A DNA stretch of 64,000 bases from Bigelowiella natans CCMP2755 (GCA_000320545.1 ADNK01002537.1:1-64000); one strand, 5' to 3'. Positions 1-13,315 are shown, counted from the first letter of the stretch. A program made the numbers and translations. Notes: generated from the sequence alone by a model not told the origin.

Positions 1-728
1 TTTCGGCTCTGCCCGCCCCTATTGGAGGATATATCGGCAGCTGTGGAAGAGGAAAGCTCCCCCCTCCATCGATCGCTAACGCGCTCTGAGACAGTACCTG
101 GGGGAGAAGAAGCGGGAGGGGAGGGGGGAGGGAGATAGAAGAAGCCTTGTAATCAAATTGAAGGACTTTATTCTATTTAGCAGTATTTGCATAGAAATCG
201 GAATAGAGAGAGAAGAGAGACAGGTGCAAGTAGAGCTACTGCAAAACAAAATATTACGCCGGCAATATCGCAACTGCACATATAGAACTGCCACGGCGCA
301 TTGCATCCATTCTCCAGATCTCACGGGGTAGTAAACACAGCGGGGCGGTGTGTGACAAAATAGAGAGGAAATTGCCACTCACTACCCCGAATCTAGGAGG
401 CGGCAGGCAGAACGAAAGAAGCAAAGGAAAGAACGCTATTTTGATTGACATCTGAATATCAATCGTGTTGTCATTACATGAAACCCCGCTAGACACGAAG
501 GGTAGGAGTCGATGCCGGCCTTACACACGTGGATGTGACTGTTACTGGCGCTGCTCCCGCTACCGGGGTGATGATGATGATTATGGTCTCCAGGGGCTAA
601 AATGCGTACGCCGGAGTTTCCGCAGGGTGATGGAAGGGATGGATAGATTAAAAAAAAAAGGCACATAAATGTGAGTGTTGGAATATTGTTCACAAGTTAT
701 AAACATATTTATATCATACATAATATAA

Positions 729-769
<41 letters not shown>

Positions 770-1474
770 GGACACGATATTCTATTCAACATTTTATCTA
801 CCAGGCACGGTAGTCCCCCCCCCCCCTCTAAGTTGCTGGTGCTGCTGTCGATGCTGAGTCGAACGGAGTGGAGATTGGCCTTCTCAAAGTAGTCTTGAAG
901 GCTCGTCGCGCCCTTCCCCCCTCCTCAAGCGCCCCCCCCCGCTGCTTCCCTCGCCACTAGGATTGAAGATCACAACGGATTTCCCCTCCGCGTTCTCCGA
1001 AAATTCACCTAAGATGGCAGTACCATGGGGGAGGGGGGGGGGGGGGGGAGCAGTAAATCACGTTGTTGGGCATTTTAAGCGTATCCCCCCTCCTAGGCAT
1101 TAGTACTTCTTCATTCTAAAGCCCTCTCGGCGCAATTCAGGAAAAACGCGGTCTATTTTGAACGCGCCCCCATGGACGTTGCTGTTGTTGATGATATCGT
1201 CATTTTGCTGTTGTTGATGATATCGTCTTTTCTTCATCTTTCTATCTCTCAATCGAAGCAGCATGGGGACCTCCAACCAGTGTCGATCGTGTGGTTTGAT
1301 GATATAATCGGCATCATACCGTTGTATGGCTGCTGCTGCACTTCCGTTGACATGTCTGGAAGCAGCAAGTCTCCCCTGTTATCATTGGTTGCCATCACCG
1401 CGCAAAGTCAATTCGCAATTATTTGCATCCTCAAAAGTACAATGCGGAGTAGGAAACTCTCTCCCGTGTCGTCA

Positions 1475-1554
<80 letters not shown>

Positions 1555-2806
1555 ATGAGAGAACGGAACATTGGATTTCTCTTTTGACTGAATGCTTTAC
1601 TACGACGACTATTATCGTTTGTTATTGATGACGATGCTGATGATAAGATTCAACCAAGCTTTGCAGTGGTCCCCCTTTAAGTCCGCATATTTGCCGATAT
1701 GATGGTTGGAGATAGCATACAGGTCTCCCCCTCTAGGGTTTTTTGCCACAAACACAACCTCATGCTGCTCTTGAAGAGCGAGGATGTTACCGCTCCTATG
1801 AAGGAGAAGCGGGGAGCGGGGTTGGGGGGAGGGGGGCGATGGCAAAGTGTTATTGTTTTTGTCATCATACCAGAGGATCTATACAATGTATGATTTTTGG
1901 ATAATATATTATATATATATATATATATATTGAATAACACATTTATATGATCAGATATAATACGAGCTGCCCTCACCCCGCTGCTCCTGCATGCCTGTGG
2001 ATATAAACGTGCGGAATTTTGTATATATCGTTGCCCTTCCCCATCAGATGAACGGCAGCAATAGAGCTGTTCAACGATGCGCGCCAAACCTAGGATGTAT
2101 GGCCGGAATACATAGTGTGCATGGGGGGGGGGGGGGGGGGGGGGATGGGAATATTATACGGGAACGAAAGGACGTTTACAGCGACACGATCGCATCGCAA
2201 ATGAGTTGTGACCGGCTCGATTTGAGGTTGATTAGTGTTATGCTGGGGTGCTTTGGTATTGCCAGCAGCCCCCCCTCCCCTCGGGGCGAAGTAGTATATA
2301 TCTCCGTTGATAGATACTCCGATGTTTGGAAGGCTGTTTGATTCCTGGTACTGCTGAGGCCGAGGATTGTGGATTTCGTCTCTGTTCCCTCCTTTGCCAG
2401 CTCCCATGAACTTATCTATGTGAGGAGGAGAAGGGGGGGGGAGGGGGGGAGGGATGTTGACGATGTTTGGGTTTATTAGTTCTGCAAACTAGATTATAGA
2501 TCGTCTTGGGGAAGGAATATTTAACCCCTCATCTTTGAATCTTTCAATATACACACATTACAAATTTGAAGTCTTTGATTGTTTTCCTTAGTTTTCTTAC
2601 CTTCTCCTCCTCCTCCTTCTCCATCACCTGCGGAGTGTGATTGAAAAGGGCTCGCATCGAAAAAGGAAGTGTACTCTCCAAACGACACCTAATCCAACCG
2701 GGGAAGGGGGAGGAGAAGGGGAAGAACAGACAAGTCAACCATTTAAACGATAGCTTAAATAGAAGATTCTTGAAAAACAACTGAACCTACCCACAGTTGT
2801 GCTTGA

Positions 2807-2854
<48 letters not shown>

Positions 2855-3643
2855 CGAAAACGAATTGATTTCATCCTTTAACAGACGTACATCCCATCGT
2901 CGGCGCTGGCTCTTGGAGTCGATTGCTTGTATTTTGAACTCCGATTTGGCCACCCACACGACGTCATCATCGCCATCCACCAAGCACTCTCCCTATGGAT
3001 GGCAATAGCCGAGCAGGAATAGAATGATGACGGTGACGGTGATGATGAATGATGATGATGATGATAAACAACACTTATTAGCGAGATATGCTAAAGTGTA
3101 GCATCGGCGATATGAGATTCAGTTATGTTTGTATATGTGTGTGTGTGTATGGGTGGGTGCGTGTGTGGGTGGGTCTGTAGTCCAGCACATATATACACAC
3201 AGTAATATCCCTAAAACCATCATCACGATGATGAGCACCTTTTCGTCAGACATCTCCCCATCGCTCGAAATAATGTTAAGAACCTTTCACACACCGACAC
3301 ACGCACACACACGCATTTGCATTTGCATTCGCAGAAAAAGCCGCGGCGGCACCAACACCACCACCAGCAGCAGCACCATTCGTTAAACCCCAAAGATATG
3401 TGAGTCTCATTCAAAATATCTCAAAAATACAAGCGAATTTCGGACTTTCGCGAAGGAAGCATCATTTGTGTGTGATCCTAACATCTTCCTATAAATGTAT
3501 ATCTTGTATGTAGTCGATATTTATCGATGCTGCCGACGTAGTATCGAAGACTGCCCTTACGACCAAACTACCTTTCCGCTGGTCTTGCTCACAAGCAGCA
3601 CCGAGCTGTTTTTCCGCACCTTATCAAAACATCCCAGTTATAA

Positions 3644-3685
<42 letters not shown>

Positions 3686-4977
3686 TATAGATATAACTCT
3701 CATTAATCCAATGAAAGGATATGCCTATTCCAAAACAATAGAGAGTATTGCATTGTTCTGTATGTGTTTGCGTGTGTGTTGTGCGTGCGTGCGTGCGTGT
3801 GGTTGCTTGTAGAATCTTGCCTAAAACACACATCATCCATCAAATAGTACCATATAATATGTGCTGCTGTCCTTCACTGGTTGTGCATTTGCGAGATCTC
3901 TGAGAAGGAGTTATTGTAGTAGTAGTAATAGTAGTAGTAGTAGTAGTAGTAATAGTAGCAATAGAAACAGCAATTAGAATCTAGGGCTACTAGCTTTTGA
4001 ACGTTGTCAATCTATCCAACCACCATCATATTTTTTCACTCGCATTACAACGTAATCTAGGCATACTACGCACTATCCGTGGAACTCGCGAGGCTTTCAA
4101 TACTTTCCACACATACAAACACACACACGGAGAGAGAGAGAGATACTACAAGACGTTGTTAGGCTATAATCCAGACCGAATGGAATACTTGAGACGCTTG
4201 ATGCCCTTCTGGCTCGTGTAAAACAACGAGCCATCAATACCCGCTATCAGCCCGTCACCCCCCTCTAAAGAGGGATTTAGATTCGAAGACAGAAGCGGAG
4301 ACGACTGGAGGCTCCAGAGCTAGGTGATATTGTTAAGGAGGATGTGTGCCTTGTGTGCTTGTGTGTTTGCGTGTGTGTTTGTGTGTGTCAGTTGCGAAGT
4401 TAGGGGGGAATAAAGTTTATCCATGTATGCTGAGGCTGCATATCACCTTAATGCCTTTTTCGAGGGATAGCGCATGGAGCTGGCCATCGAGGGTGCTCAC
4501 CTATGGAAAGAGGATGGATGATGAAAGAATATGAGACTTCATACCCCGGTAGTACTTATCGATGCCAGAATGAACAAAGGCTTAACAATGCGGGTATATT
4601 CGTCGCCTACCAGTAATATCCGACTCCCCGCAGCCGAGCTTGTTGCTTGCGCTGAAAAAGTTGTTAAATGTAAGAACGCGGCGAGGAGGGGGAATGGAGA
4701 TCGAATTGACTATCACCTGAGTTTTGGCTGCTCTTTCCTAGTTTGTTGTTCTCTGCTACTACTAAGGCGGGTGCGATCATAGCGAGCAGCCCTGCCATGA
4801 CTATAACAGTTTTCCGCCGGCATTCTATCTCTGTGATAATGATGTGTTGAAGGAAGAAGGGGAGCAAGTTTTATGAGTCATCTCAAGATGTAGGATGCAA
4901 TCCATCATGTCAGTCGCACTGAGAAGCTCGTTTTTTTTTTAATTCTTCGAGAACTGACCCCTCCAGGAGATTGGCAT
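1..4977 (-). CDS. IRE1/PERK-like ER stress sensor, N-terminal signal and luminal domain (multi-exon; 3' part runs off the window start)
   Basis: Phase-consistent GT-AG exons splice to ...VIVMAGLLAMIAPALVVAE (signal-like)...RILL|VSTLDGQLHALSLEKGIK|LWSLQSSPLLSS...GLIAGIDGSLFYTSQKGIKRLKYSIR|DLANAQPVKDSSTYYM|VRKNSSVLLVSKTSGKVVWS...VWVAKSEFKIQAIDSKSQRRRWD|VSFGEY. This matches IRE1/PERK luminal motifs (VSTLDGxLHA, DGSLY, KLPFTIxELV, GRTEYTI...WN). The kinase/RNase region is not in the window, so IRE1 vs PERK is unresolved. Start ATG is 4977 or 4798. Confidence 0.8.
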
Positions 4978-5879
4978 GAGCTGCACCCTTCACAAGCCCT
5001 TCCACCCTGCGGTCTACTGAAACATGGTAGGAAGCTTTCAGACTTACATCCGTATAATAATTACATAATTTTCATTCAATCGAGCACGGAATGAAGTATT
5101 TAATCATTCGTCACATTAAAGTTGGCCATGCGACGATTACGCTTCTGCTGACGGGGCGTCCGTAACGAGTTCCTTTCCCACCCCTTGCTCCGAACTACGA
5201 TAAGAACTTGACGACTTCCAGCAACGGGAAATCTCCTGATAAGTAGGTGAAAGTTTAAGTCGTTTCTGCAAAATGCAGTGCAATCGCAGTAATTTTCCAT
5301 GTTTTGCCAAGAGTATGAAAGAAATAGCCCCGATTCTCGTGCGGCATACTTCGTGGACTTCTACACTTCCAGGAAAAGGGCTCATGAACGTTCAGGAAAA
5401 TACTGATATTTCCTCCCGAGAGCCTCTGGAAACTATTTATCGGAGAATGCTACTCACGTCACTACCGGGATGAATCCCGGGACAATATTTTCACTTACAT
5501 GGACATGTACATGTAATTCGTACAAACGTACTCCCGGAATCGAATCCCATGAAAAACCAAGGGATTTTTTTCTTAGTGTTTCTTTCAATTTTTATGTATG
5601 ATTTGAGGTAATTTAAGAAGGACGACTGTCACATTTTGTTGTCGCCATTTAATCGTTTGTTCTCAAAGCTGTGCGGAATACCAGAAGCAGTAGACAGGTT
5701 TAGCGGAAGGGAGGGGGGCAGCCCATCGTAATGGGCAAAAACTCACCTTTTTTCTGAAACTAGGGCATTTCGATCGATTAAACGAGTGGGAAACATGTCT
5801 GTATATTTAAAAACATGTGAAGTCTCTCCACTTTAATAAGAAATAAGACTAAACGGCGGGTACTTCGTTCAGGCCAAGT

Positions 5880-6876
5880 ATGATGTTGGCAACGTTGGCA
5901 GCTCTCTTCGTCCTCCTGGCGTCCCCAGCAGCGAGCGTGTGGTACGTGAGAATGAAACGTATACCGATCGATTCGATGTAGTTTTAAATGAGTTGGTTTC
6001 ATGCTGGGATTCGCCTTATCCAGGCAAAAAAAGGAACACCTGCTTTCCACGAAGCCGGCAGCTATAGGGAGGTGGAGCTTCGGATCGGATCATCCGGAGG
6101 AGACTCTTGACCATGCAGGCGTTGTAATCAACGGAAAACTCTACGCTGTAGGCGGGAAAAGGTCAGAGTCTGTTTGTCCTTGTTAGAGAAGGCCTGATTT
6201 GGTTCGTTTCGTATTTGCAGGATGTTGAATACACACGAGGCCTTTCATGTGGCGACAGCGTTCGTCTATGACCCAGAGGAAGATAAATGGGAGCAGTTGC
6301 CAGACCGCCCTGGCCCAGCAGTGGTTGGCCAACATTTTCTTAGAAAAATGAGAACATCTGTTACATCACTATGTTATCGCGAGAAAGTTTTGGGTTTCAT
6401 TTGGTTTTCAATGTTGCCATATGATGAAAAATTTGCACAGAAAAGATGTATGACAAGAGCATTAACATCACACGTCAAATTGATTGTGACTACCCCATAC
6501 TCTTACACTTAATTTACACCTGAGCGACAAAATCTATGTAGGAGAATGCGGCTGTCACCCAATTGAATGGAAAAGTTATCGTTGCTGGCGGGTCTACTGA
6601 GGCTTTTACCGGGTAAGTCCGAAGAGGCGGGCAGAACTAGGAAATTCTTCAAATTTCTCGCTTTGTCGAACAATCCCTGAACCTCCCAAACTTTCACTTA
6701 ACCTTCCAAACTTTCGTCCATTCCATATCCTACGATATGCCTAAATCTCTTCGATTTGGGTCAGCTCTATTAAACTCGTCCATGAGTACGATCCCATTTC
6801 CGGAAATTGGTCAACTTTACCTCCAATGAAGGTTTAATCCATTCGCATAGTTATCGCGTATCTACTATCGCAATTT

Positions 6877-6921
<45 letters not shown>

Positions 6922-8240
6922 CCCGCTTCCTCCTCCCTCCCCCATTAGATTTAAATAAGCACGCTTATACTCGTAACTCCAGGTCGCACGGGGCGGAGTT
7001 ACTGCCCAGTCGTTAAACGGCAAAGTATATGTGATTGGTGGAATGGATGACGACAGCACGTCCCTCTCCAGCGTAGAAACCTATGACCCTGCAACAAAGA
7101 CGTGGAAGCTCCTCAGCAGCTTGAATGAGCGGCGCGATAACCCTGGCAGCGCTGTTCTCAATGGGGAGCTATATGTCTTTGGAGGCAGGACTATGATTAA
7201 ACATAAAGAAATTGAAGGTCACGACGATGTGCTGATGGTACTGGTGCGGGCGTGATGGTTTTGCGTTTCGCATTTAATTTCATTATATATTACATGCGAT
7301 AGACGCGCAAACATGCTGTGCGCGAAAACAGGAACTAATCTAGTGCACCATGAGAGAAACCGTTGGGATCTGAGAAGTCTACATTGAGAATTCACCAACG
7401 ATCCTCCAGAGGCCATTCATGCAGTCTCGGGGCCGAAATAATAGTCAATTTCCTGGAAATCTCGAAGTGTAACGAGTATGGTTTGTTTTAGGCAATCTGA
7501 ATACCGTGGAGAAGTACGATGTTAGCACAGATTCATGGCATTATGTCGCGCCCATGCCTACTGGAAGGCGTACAATGGTCGTTGGCACGATTGGAGGAAA
7601 GGCACAGCTGATTGGAGGTGGCAATAGATAAAAATATACATGCTTCTGGTATGCGTGTGAGTGTGTGAGTGTGTGTGTTTGTGTGTGAGTGTGTGTGTTT
7701 GTGTGTGAGTGTGTGAGTGTGTGTGTAGGTACAGTTCCCTTGCCGTAGCAACTATATCGCGGCTACTTTTTTTTGCCACTTCTACTAATAAATACAATTG
7801 TCAAGCGACTGCAGCGATCTTTCTTGCTCTTCTAGCGCTCAATCTGTCATCTTGAATAGGCGAGAAGATGCCTGAAACTGGTGCCTCATGGAGTGCGAAC
7901 GAAGAATATGATCCTAAAACAAACCAATGGAGGATTTTGCAACCAATGGTAGTATCCTACGTCGTACACATACGCACAAACAAAGCATTTGGGCACACAC
8001 ACTTGAAGTTGTGCAATTATCGCATTTTTGTTGCCATGAATTCCGTTTTTTTGTATGTCCATTCTGCCTAAATAGCACCACCAAATATGTTATTATATTT
8101 ATTTTCCACAGGTAACTCCCCGCCATGGGGCTGCAGGAGGCACAATTGGAAACCGAGTAATCGTCGTGGGTGGTGGACCAACGGGGGGAAGAGCATTCTC
8201 TAAAGTCACCGAAATCTTTGACTATGGCGAAAAAGAGTAA
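5880..8240 (+). CDS. Secreted kelch-repeat beta-propeller protein (9 exons)
   Basis: ATG 5880 MMLATLAALFVLLASPAASVW (signal peptide). Spliced kelch repeats: NGKLYAVGG...VYDPEEDKW, NGKVIVAGG...EYDPISGNW, NGKVYVIGG...TYDPATKTW, NGELYVFGG...KYDVSTDSW, GKAQLIGG...EYDPKTNQW, TPRHGAAGGTIGNRVIVVGG. Stop TAA 8238-8240; intron phases are consistent. Confidence 0.9.
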
Positions 8241-9651
8241 ATCAAGATGTACAAGCTTAACCATCCGACATTGATGTAGGACTTACCATCATGTCTAAAT
8301 GTCGATTGTAACCTCTAATGATTTCAATGGACGCGGAATGCCGATTTTACATCATTGGTGCACACATTACTTACAAGCCTTGATATCTTTGCGCATGCAC
8401 TGCAATGACTAGGTAGTGTGCATGCGAGAGCTCTAGAGCTGTGTACGTGTAAAGATATAGCTGCGCATGTCCAGACATGCAACGATTGCGATGGACCGCT
8501 GACGGCTAGACGGGTCGAAACACATGCACACCACGCAGTACATGCTAGCATGCATGGCACCTCAAATTCATGCGATCACGATGGACATGCAATGCAAACT
8601 AGCAATGCACATCAGTGTCACTGTCTAGCTGTGTCCGTTTGGCAACACATGAAAATGCAACGAACAAAATTTGGCATTTTTTTTGAAATTTCAACAGTGT
8701 TTTCATTCATTTGAAGAATTTCTGTTTCATTTTCAATCAGATCTGAATCATTTCCTTGACATGTCACACATTTTTTCTCTTTCATTCAATGAATTTTTTG
8801 ATTCAATTCGCACAAAATGTGCATCACTGACAAAAAAACAAAATTGTTTTTCATTGAAAGACCTGCAGCTCACTTCTCTTCGCACCATGCTTCGCCATCA
8901 GTCTGGCAGTGTCCTCTGACATCAATCCTCTCACTCCAGCACTGCATCCACTAATTGTTGGTTGAATGATTCGCGAACTTCGTTGTCGAATGGTGCGCCT
9001 GTGCCCTTGCACAAGGCGTCCATGGTGGTGTCCCTTTCCCGTTAGCTACTTTGTGCCGACTTGAACAAACAAATTCTTTTGGAAACAATGTTTCGGACGA
9101 GGTGCCAAATCATTTTTGGCCATCTCAAAAGTGTCAATTTGGGAAACATCTGCCAGGAAATTTTGAGGGGTCTTGTAGGAATTTAGCACGCGCCAAATTT
9201 CGGAACCAAATTCCTCATTGCCACTACCTCATTTCATGAAATGAGGCTGTTTTCAGTTGTCGCTGCTCCTCATTGCCCTGGAACACGGCAGTCAATTGCA
9301 GCACTAACACACGAAGCAAGATTTGCATCGCTGGCAGTCGATCACATGAACTTTCAAGGAGAGAATTCAGAGACAGAGGGGAGATGATGGAGCACTTTTC
9401 AAACACTTCTTCATTTCTTCCTCTGTTTTACATTGACGTCAAAAATGATAGTCCATTGTGCATCAAAATGGGATACAACTAAATCCTGATCATCACATTC
9501 GGCTCTTAAATAGTTTTGTCCATTTTTCAAAGAGACATGACATTTCAAGTGCATTAGTGAAAATTCCCCGCGAATTGTCTGAGAAGAGAGACGCACAAGA
9601 GAGTTTGAAGAGACATCGGAGAGACACACCCCGCAACCCCTGATCGCAGCC

Positions 9652-10867
9652 ATGTCCCCCCTGCCTCTCATTTTGCTTGTTGCTCTTTCACTGCCTGGAG
9701 CCACAGCTCTGGACAACAGGAGGAGAATGTTTGGGCATGGGAATCTCGAATTGGAGAGCGACATTGACAAACTTGAAGCTCAAGATGAAATCATGGCACA
9801 GCTTCATGATGAGACGAACCAATCTCGGATGAATGGAGAAGAAAGCAACAATGAAAGACACAGTAACACAACATGCACACAGTGCATAGTGCACACATAC
9901 ATGCACACACACACACACACACACAGCATGATGCAATGACAGAGTATGCACACGGTGCATGGGGCATTGCGTTGCCTGTGATCATAATGATCTTCAATCG
10001 CATCTTTCTAACAGTCCTCCACGCCGCATCTCTTGAACTGATCTTGCTGCTGATTTAGAAAAAAACGAAATCGAAGACAAACCTGATCTGTCACAGCTCC
10101 ATGATGAGCTTGAGACTAGTTTCGCGCGTGTCGCTGAGGGGAAAAGTCATGGGCACAATCCTCACAGCCACAATTCCCGCTCTAGCAATGTCTTCCAGCA
10201 CACCCCCCTAACTGATCTTGCTGATTTAGAAAAAAACGAAATCGAAGACAAACCTGATCTGTCACAGCTCCATGATGAGCTTGAGACTAGTTTCGCGCGT
10301 GTCGCTGAGGGGAAAAGTCATGGGCATAATCCTCACAGCCACAATTCCCGCTCTAGCAACATCCTCCAGCACACCTCCCTAACTGATCTTGCTGATTTAG
10401 GAAAAAAAAAAATCGAAAACAAACCTGATCTGCCACAGCTCAATGGCAATATTGAACACAAATCTGGCCTGCAGCTAAAGCTTCATGACGAACTTGAAGC
10501 AGAAGATGAAGACATGGCTCAACTGCATGACAAGCTTGAGACCAGTTTTGCACGTGTCGCTGAGGGGAAAAGTCATGGTCACAATCCTCACAGGCACAAT
10601 CCTCACGGTCACATTCCTCACGCGCACAATCCTCATGCGCACAATCCTCACTTCCACACTCCTCGACCGACAAAATACCCGACAAAGTACCCCACCAAAG
10701 TGCCTACGGTGGAACCTACTTTGGCACCGGTCACTGAAGCCCCAACTCGGTTTCCAACCAAGTTTCCCACCCCACGGCCCACAAAATTTCCTACCCCGGT
10801 GCCCACCAAATTTCCCACTCCAGTCCCCAGCCGACAACCCACACTGATGCTCACATCATCTGCATGA
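9652..10867 (+). pseudogene. Secreted His-rich / Pro-Thr (mucin-like) repeat protein, gene or pseudogene
   Basis: Signal peptide MSPLPLILLVALSLPGATA followed by LDNRRR. An open frame at 10037-10867 holds 57-aa repeats, (HxHNP)n and PTKYPT/PTKFPT repeats. An in-frame TGA at 10034-10036 lies just upstream unless it is spliced out. Confidence 0.55.
10037..10600 (+). repeat. 171-bp coding tandem repeat (2 full + partial copies)
   Basis: tgatttag anchors at 10051, 10222 and 10393 (period 171 = 57 codons). Unit: DLEKNEIEDKPDLSQLHDELETSFARVAEGKSHGHNPHSHNSRSSN(V/I)xQHTxLTDLA. A further partial copy lies at ~10516-10590. Confidence 0.9.
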
Positions 10868-12621
10868 AGATCAACCAGTCTAGTCCGTGGTTGTTGCAAA
10901 CAAGTGCAAAAAGAACGCCGAATGTGACAATTGTTCGCAATTTTCGCCAAATGACGAAAAAAAATTGCAATGCACAGTCTTGTCACAGTCATCATAGCAC
11001 AGTCATTGCATCGTTGCATCACCATTTGCCACAAAGTTGTCGTTCTCCAATTCTCATTGACACACCTAGTTGTGCTAGTGTGCTAGCTAGCTAGATGGTT
11101 TTCACACGTTCATCAACTGAATTCGCTGCAACGCGAGAATGGTGCCATTCATTCTGTCAAGCCATCATCACACTCATTTGCACGCTAGCACGGCTAGACG
11201 GTGGCTAGCTAGCATGCTAGAACGGTCAAAAATCCACAGCCTCAAAGGCTGCATGTGTGCACTTTGTGACACGTGTGGGCAAAACATCTGCGCAAATGTG
11301 CCACACACACACAGGATGCAAGGAAAGAACGTGTGCACAGAACTGCACATGCATGTTCACACGTGCGCACGCTCTGTGGCCTCAAAGGCCATGTGAAAAT
11401 TGAGGCTTCACATTGCGCGATTGCTAGATTGCCAGCTAGCCAGTCTAGCAGTCATTTGTTTTTCAGTTCATTTTTGCTGCGCAGGTGAAGCTAGCTAGCT
11501 AGCAAGTGGTCGAACCTGCTTGGCGAAACTGCCAGAGCTAGCAGAGCTCCAGAGCTGCACGTCTAGACGTGTAGACGTGTTCTGCTGTGCCCTCTGGCCC
11601 TGCTAGCCTGCAAGTCGCAGTGCTGTTCATGCGTGCCAAATTGGCGTGGCAATCTAGAAGTTCCTGCAGAGTCTGCTCTAGCTAACTAGTCTAGTAGTTC
11701 AACAGCTCTGGAGCTAGCCAGCAGCCTAGCTAGCAAACAGCAGCTGTGCGTAGCACTTTTAGACTCAAGGACAAGCTAGCTCTAGAGCCAGCTCGGGCAG
11801 TGTCGGTCATCGCTCTAGCATGACACAAACAAGCGCGGCTACGAGCTCTAGAGCTAGCTAGCTAGGCCTAGAGGCGCGCAATGCTGCAATGCGGCACATC
11901 CTCCCTGCTTCAAATAGTGCGCTCGCTTTTGAGATGTTATGATCTTTGCCACCGCTTGTAGCATGCTACATGAATGCCCTATGTTCGGACATGTTTCACA
12001 TTTCACGATTTCACATTTCATGCTGCCGGCAGTCATCATGAAATGTAGTGTTCTCGTAACGATGTACTCTGGAATGAACGTTTATGTACCGTAAAGTTCT
12101 GGGAAAATACAAACGCACAATTGCAGACGCACATGCCACGACGGGCGTGTAACAAGGTGCGTATTATTTTCGAACTGCTACAAATAACATTCTCTGCTAC
12201 ACGCTTCCAAAATTTAAGAATCATTATCACATACTAGGTTCGTGGTTGAATGATCAAATCAAGCTGAACAAGCAGAAGAAACGAAAAGAAATAAATCGTT
12301 TCAGACTTCATCCTATAGAGAGTGCTTGAAAAAGGTAAAATAGAACATATTCGCATCGAAAAAAAAATACGGCTCAATTAACTTTCCTCTACGGATGGAT
12401 GGTGGGGTTGCGCTATATCATTATCATTACTTTTTCGGCGGAGCCCATTACTTTAATATCCTCATTTTTTTTAAAGGGTATGTAGAAGGGGGTAGAAATG
12501 CAACGTTCTGCCATAAAGTAATGGTTGTATATACTGCTCATGACTCCTTCATTTACATTCGTTTTATTTACTAATTAGCGAGTGCTCTGGTTTGATTGCG
12601 ACCATCTTATTTACATATACA

Positions 12622-12661
<40 letters not shown>

Positions 12662-13273
12662 CTTATACAAGTTATTGCTACTGCAACCACTGGCTTGTTT
12701 CTCGAAAATTGATGAGGAAGAAAAAAAGTTACTTTCTGTCGTAATTTGTAGCCGTAGCGTAAAACTGTAGTAAGTAGCAGTAACTTTGGCCAGTTTGAAA
12801 AATCTCTTGACTATAATAGGTAGTCTCTGGGGCGAGAAGAAGAAACAGGAGGCGGGGCTGAATACCCTCTGCTACTACTTTAGCTTTTAATATACCAGTG
12901 GTTGCTTACTCTTAACATGTACACACAAAAGCGCTGAAGAAGAAAAAAGTAGTAGGAAACCACTATTTTTTCGCTTGAACAGGGAGACCGTGGATGAATG
13001 AATGGGGAGGGAACAGGTTAATTATGCATTTTTTCGGCGTAAAGATAACACAAAACCCGTCCTTCCTGTCGAATCGAAGGTGTTATTGTTCTTTGTTTCT
13101 AAAATGATAGCTGCTGCTGCACAAGAAGATAATGTGGGTAGTAGGAGTAGTAGTAGTAGCTGTAAGGAGAAAAAATCTTGTTTCCCGTACTCTGATTTCG
13201 ATCCCAACAAAAAAATAGAAAAAATATTTCTTTAAAAAAAAATCGTCAGACGAGCAGCTTTCATTTTATTAGT

Positions 13274-13276
<3 letters not shown>

Positions 13277-13315
<39 letters not shown>
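13277..13315. repeat. (CTG)n microsatellite downstream of the MYB gene
   Basis: About 13 tandem CTG units; explains the poly-Leu ORF at 13273. Confidence 0.9.

Larger units (their letters stand above)
8330..12040. other. TpA-depleted, CTAG-rich island 1
   Basis: In 10861-11580 the only non-CTAG TA seen are ATAG (10994) and GTAG (11571). Runs of GCTAGCTAGCTAG; TG/CA/CG abundant. Confidence 0.85.

Noticed and set aside
581-3836. ORFs with YIYIYI, HTHTHT, RERERE and CVCVCV runs (throughout the window)
   Set aside because: Translations of intronic dinucleotide microsatellites.
5405-5565. Short imperfect palindromes in the divergent promoter spacer (possible MITE)
   Set aside because: No clear terminal inverted repeats or target-site duplication.
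10037-10600. CRISPR-like array, or HDEL ER-retention signals
   Set aside because: These are contiguous in-frame coding repeats without unique spacers, and HDEL is internal, not C-terminal.
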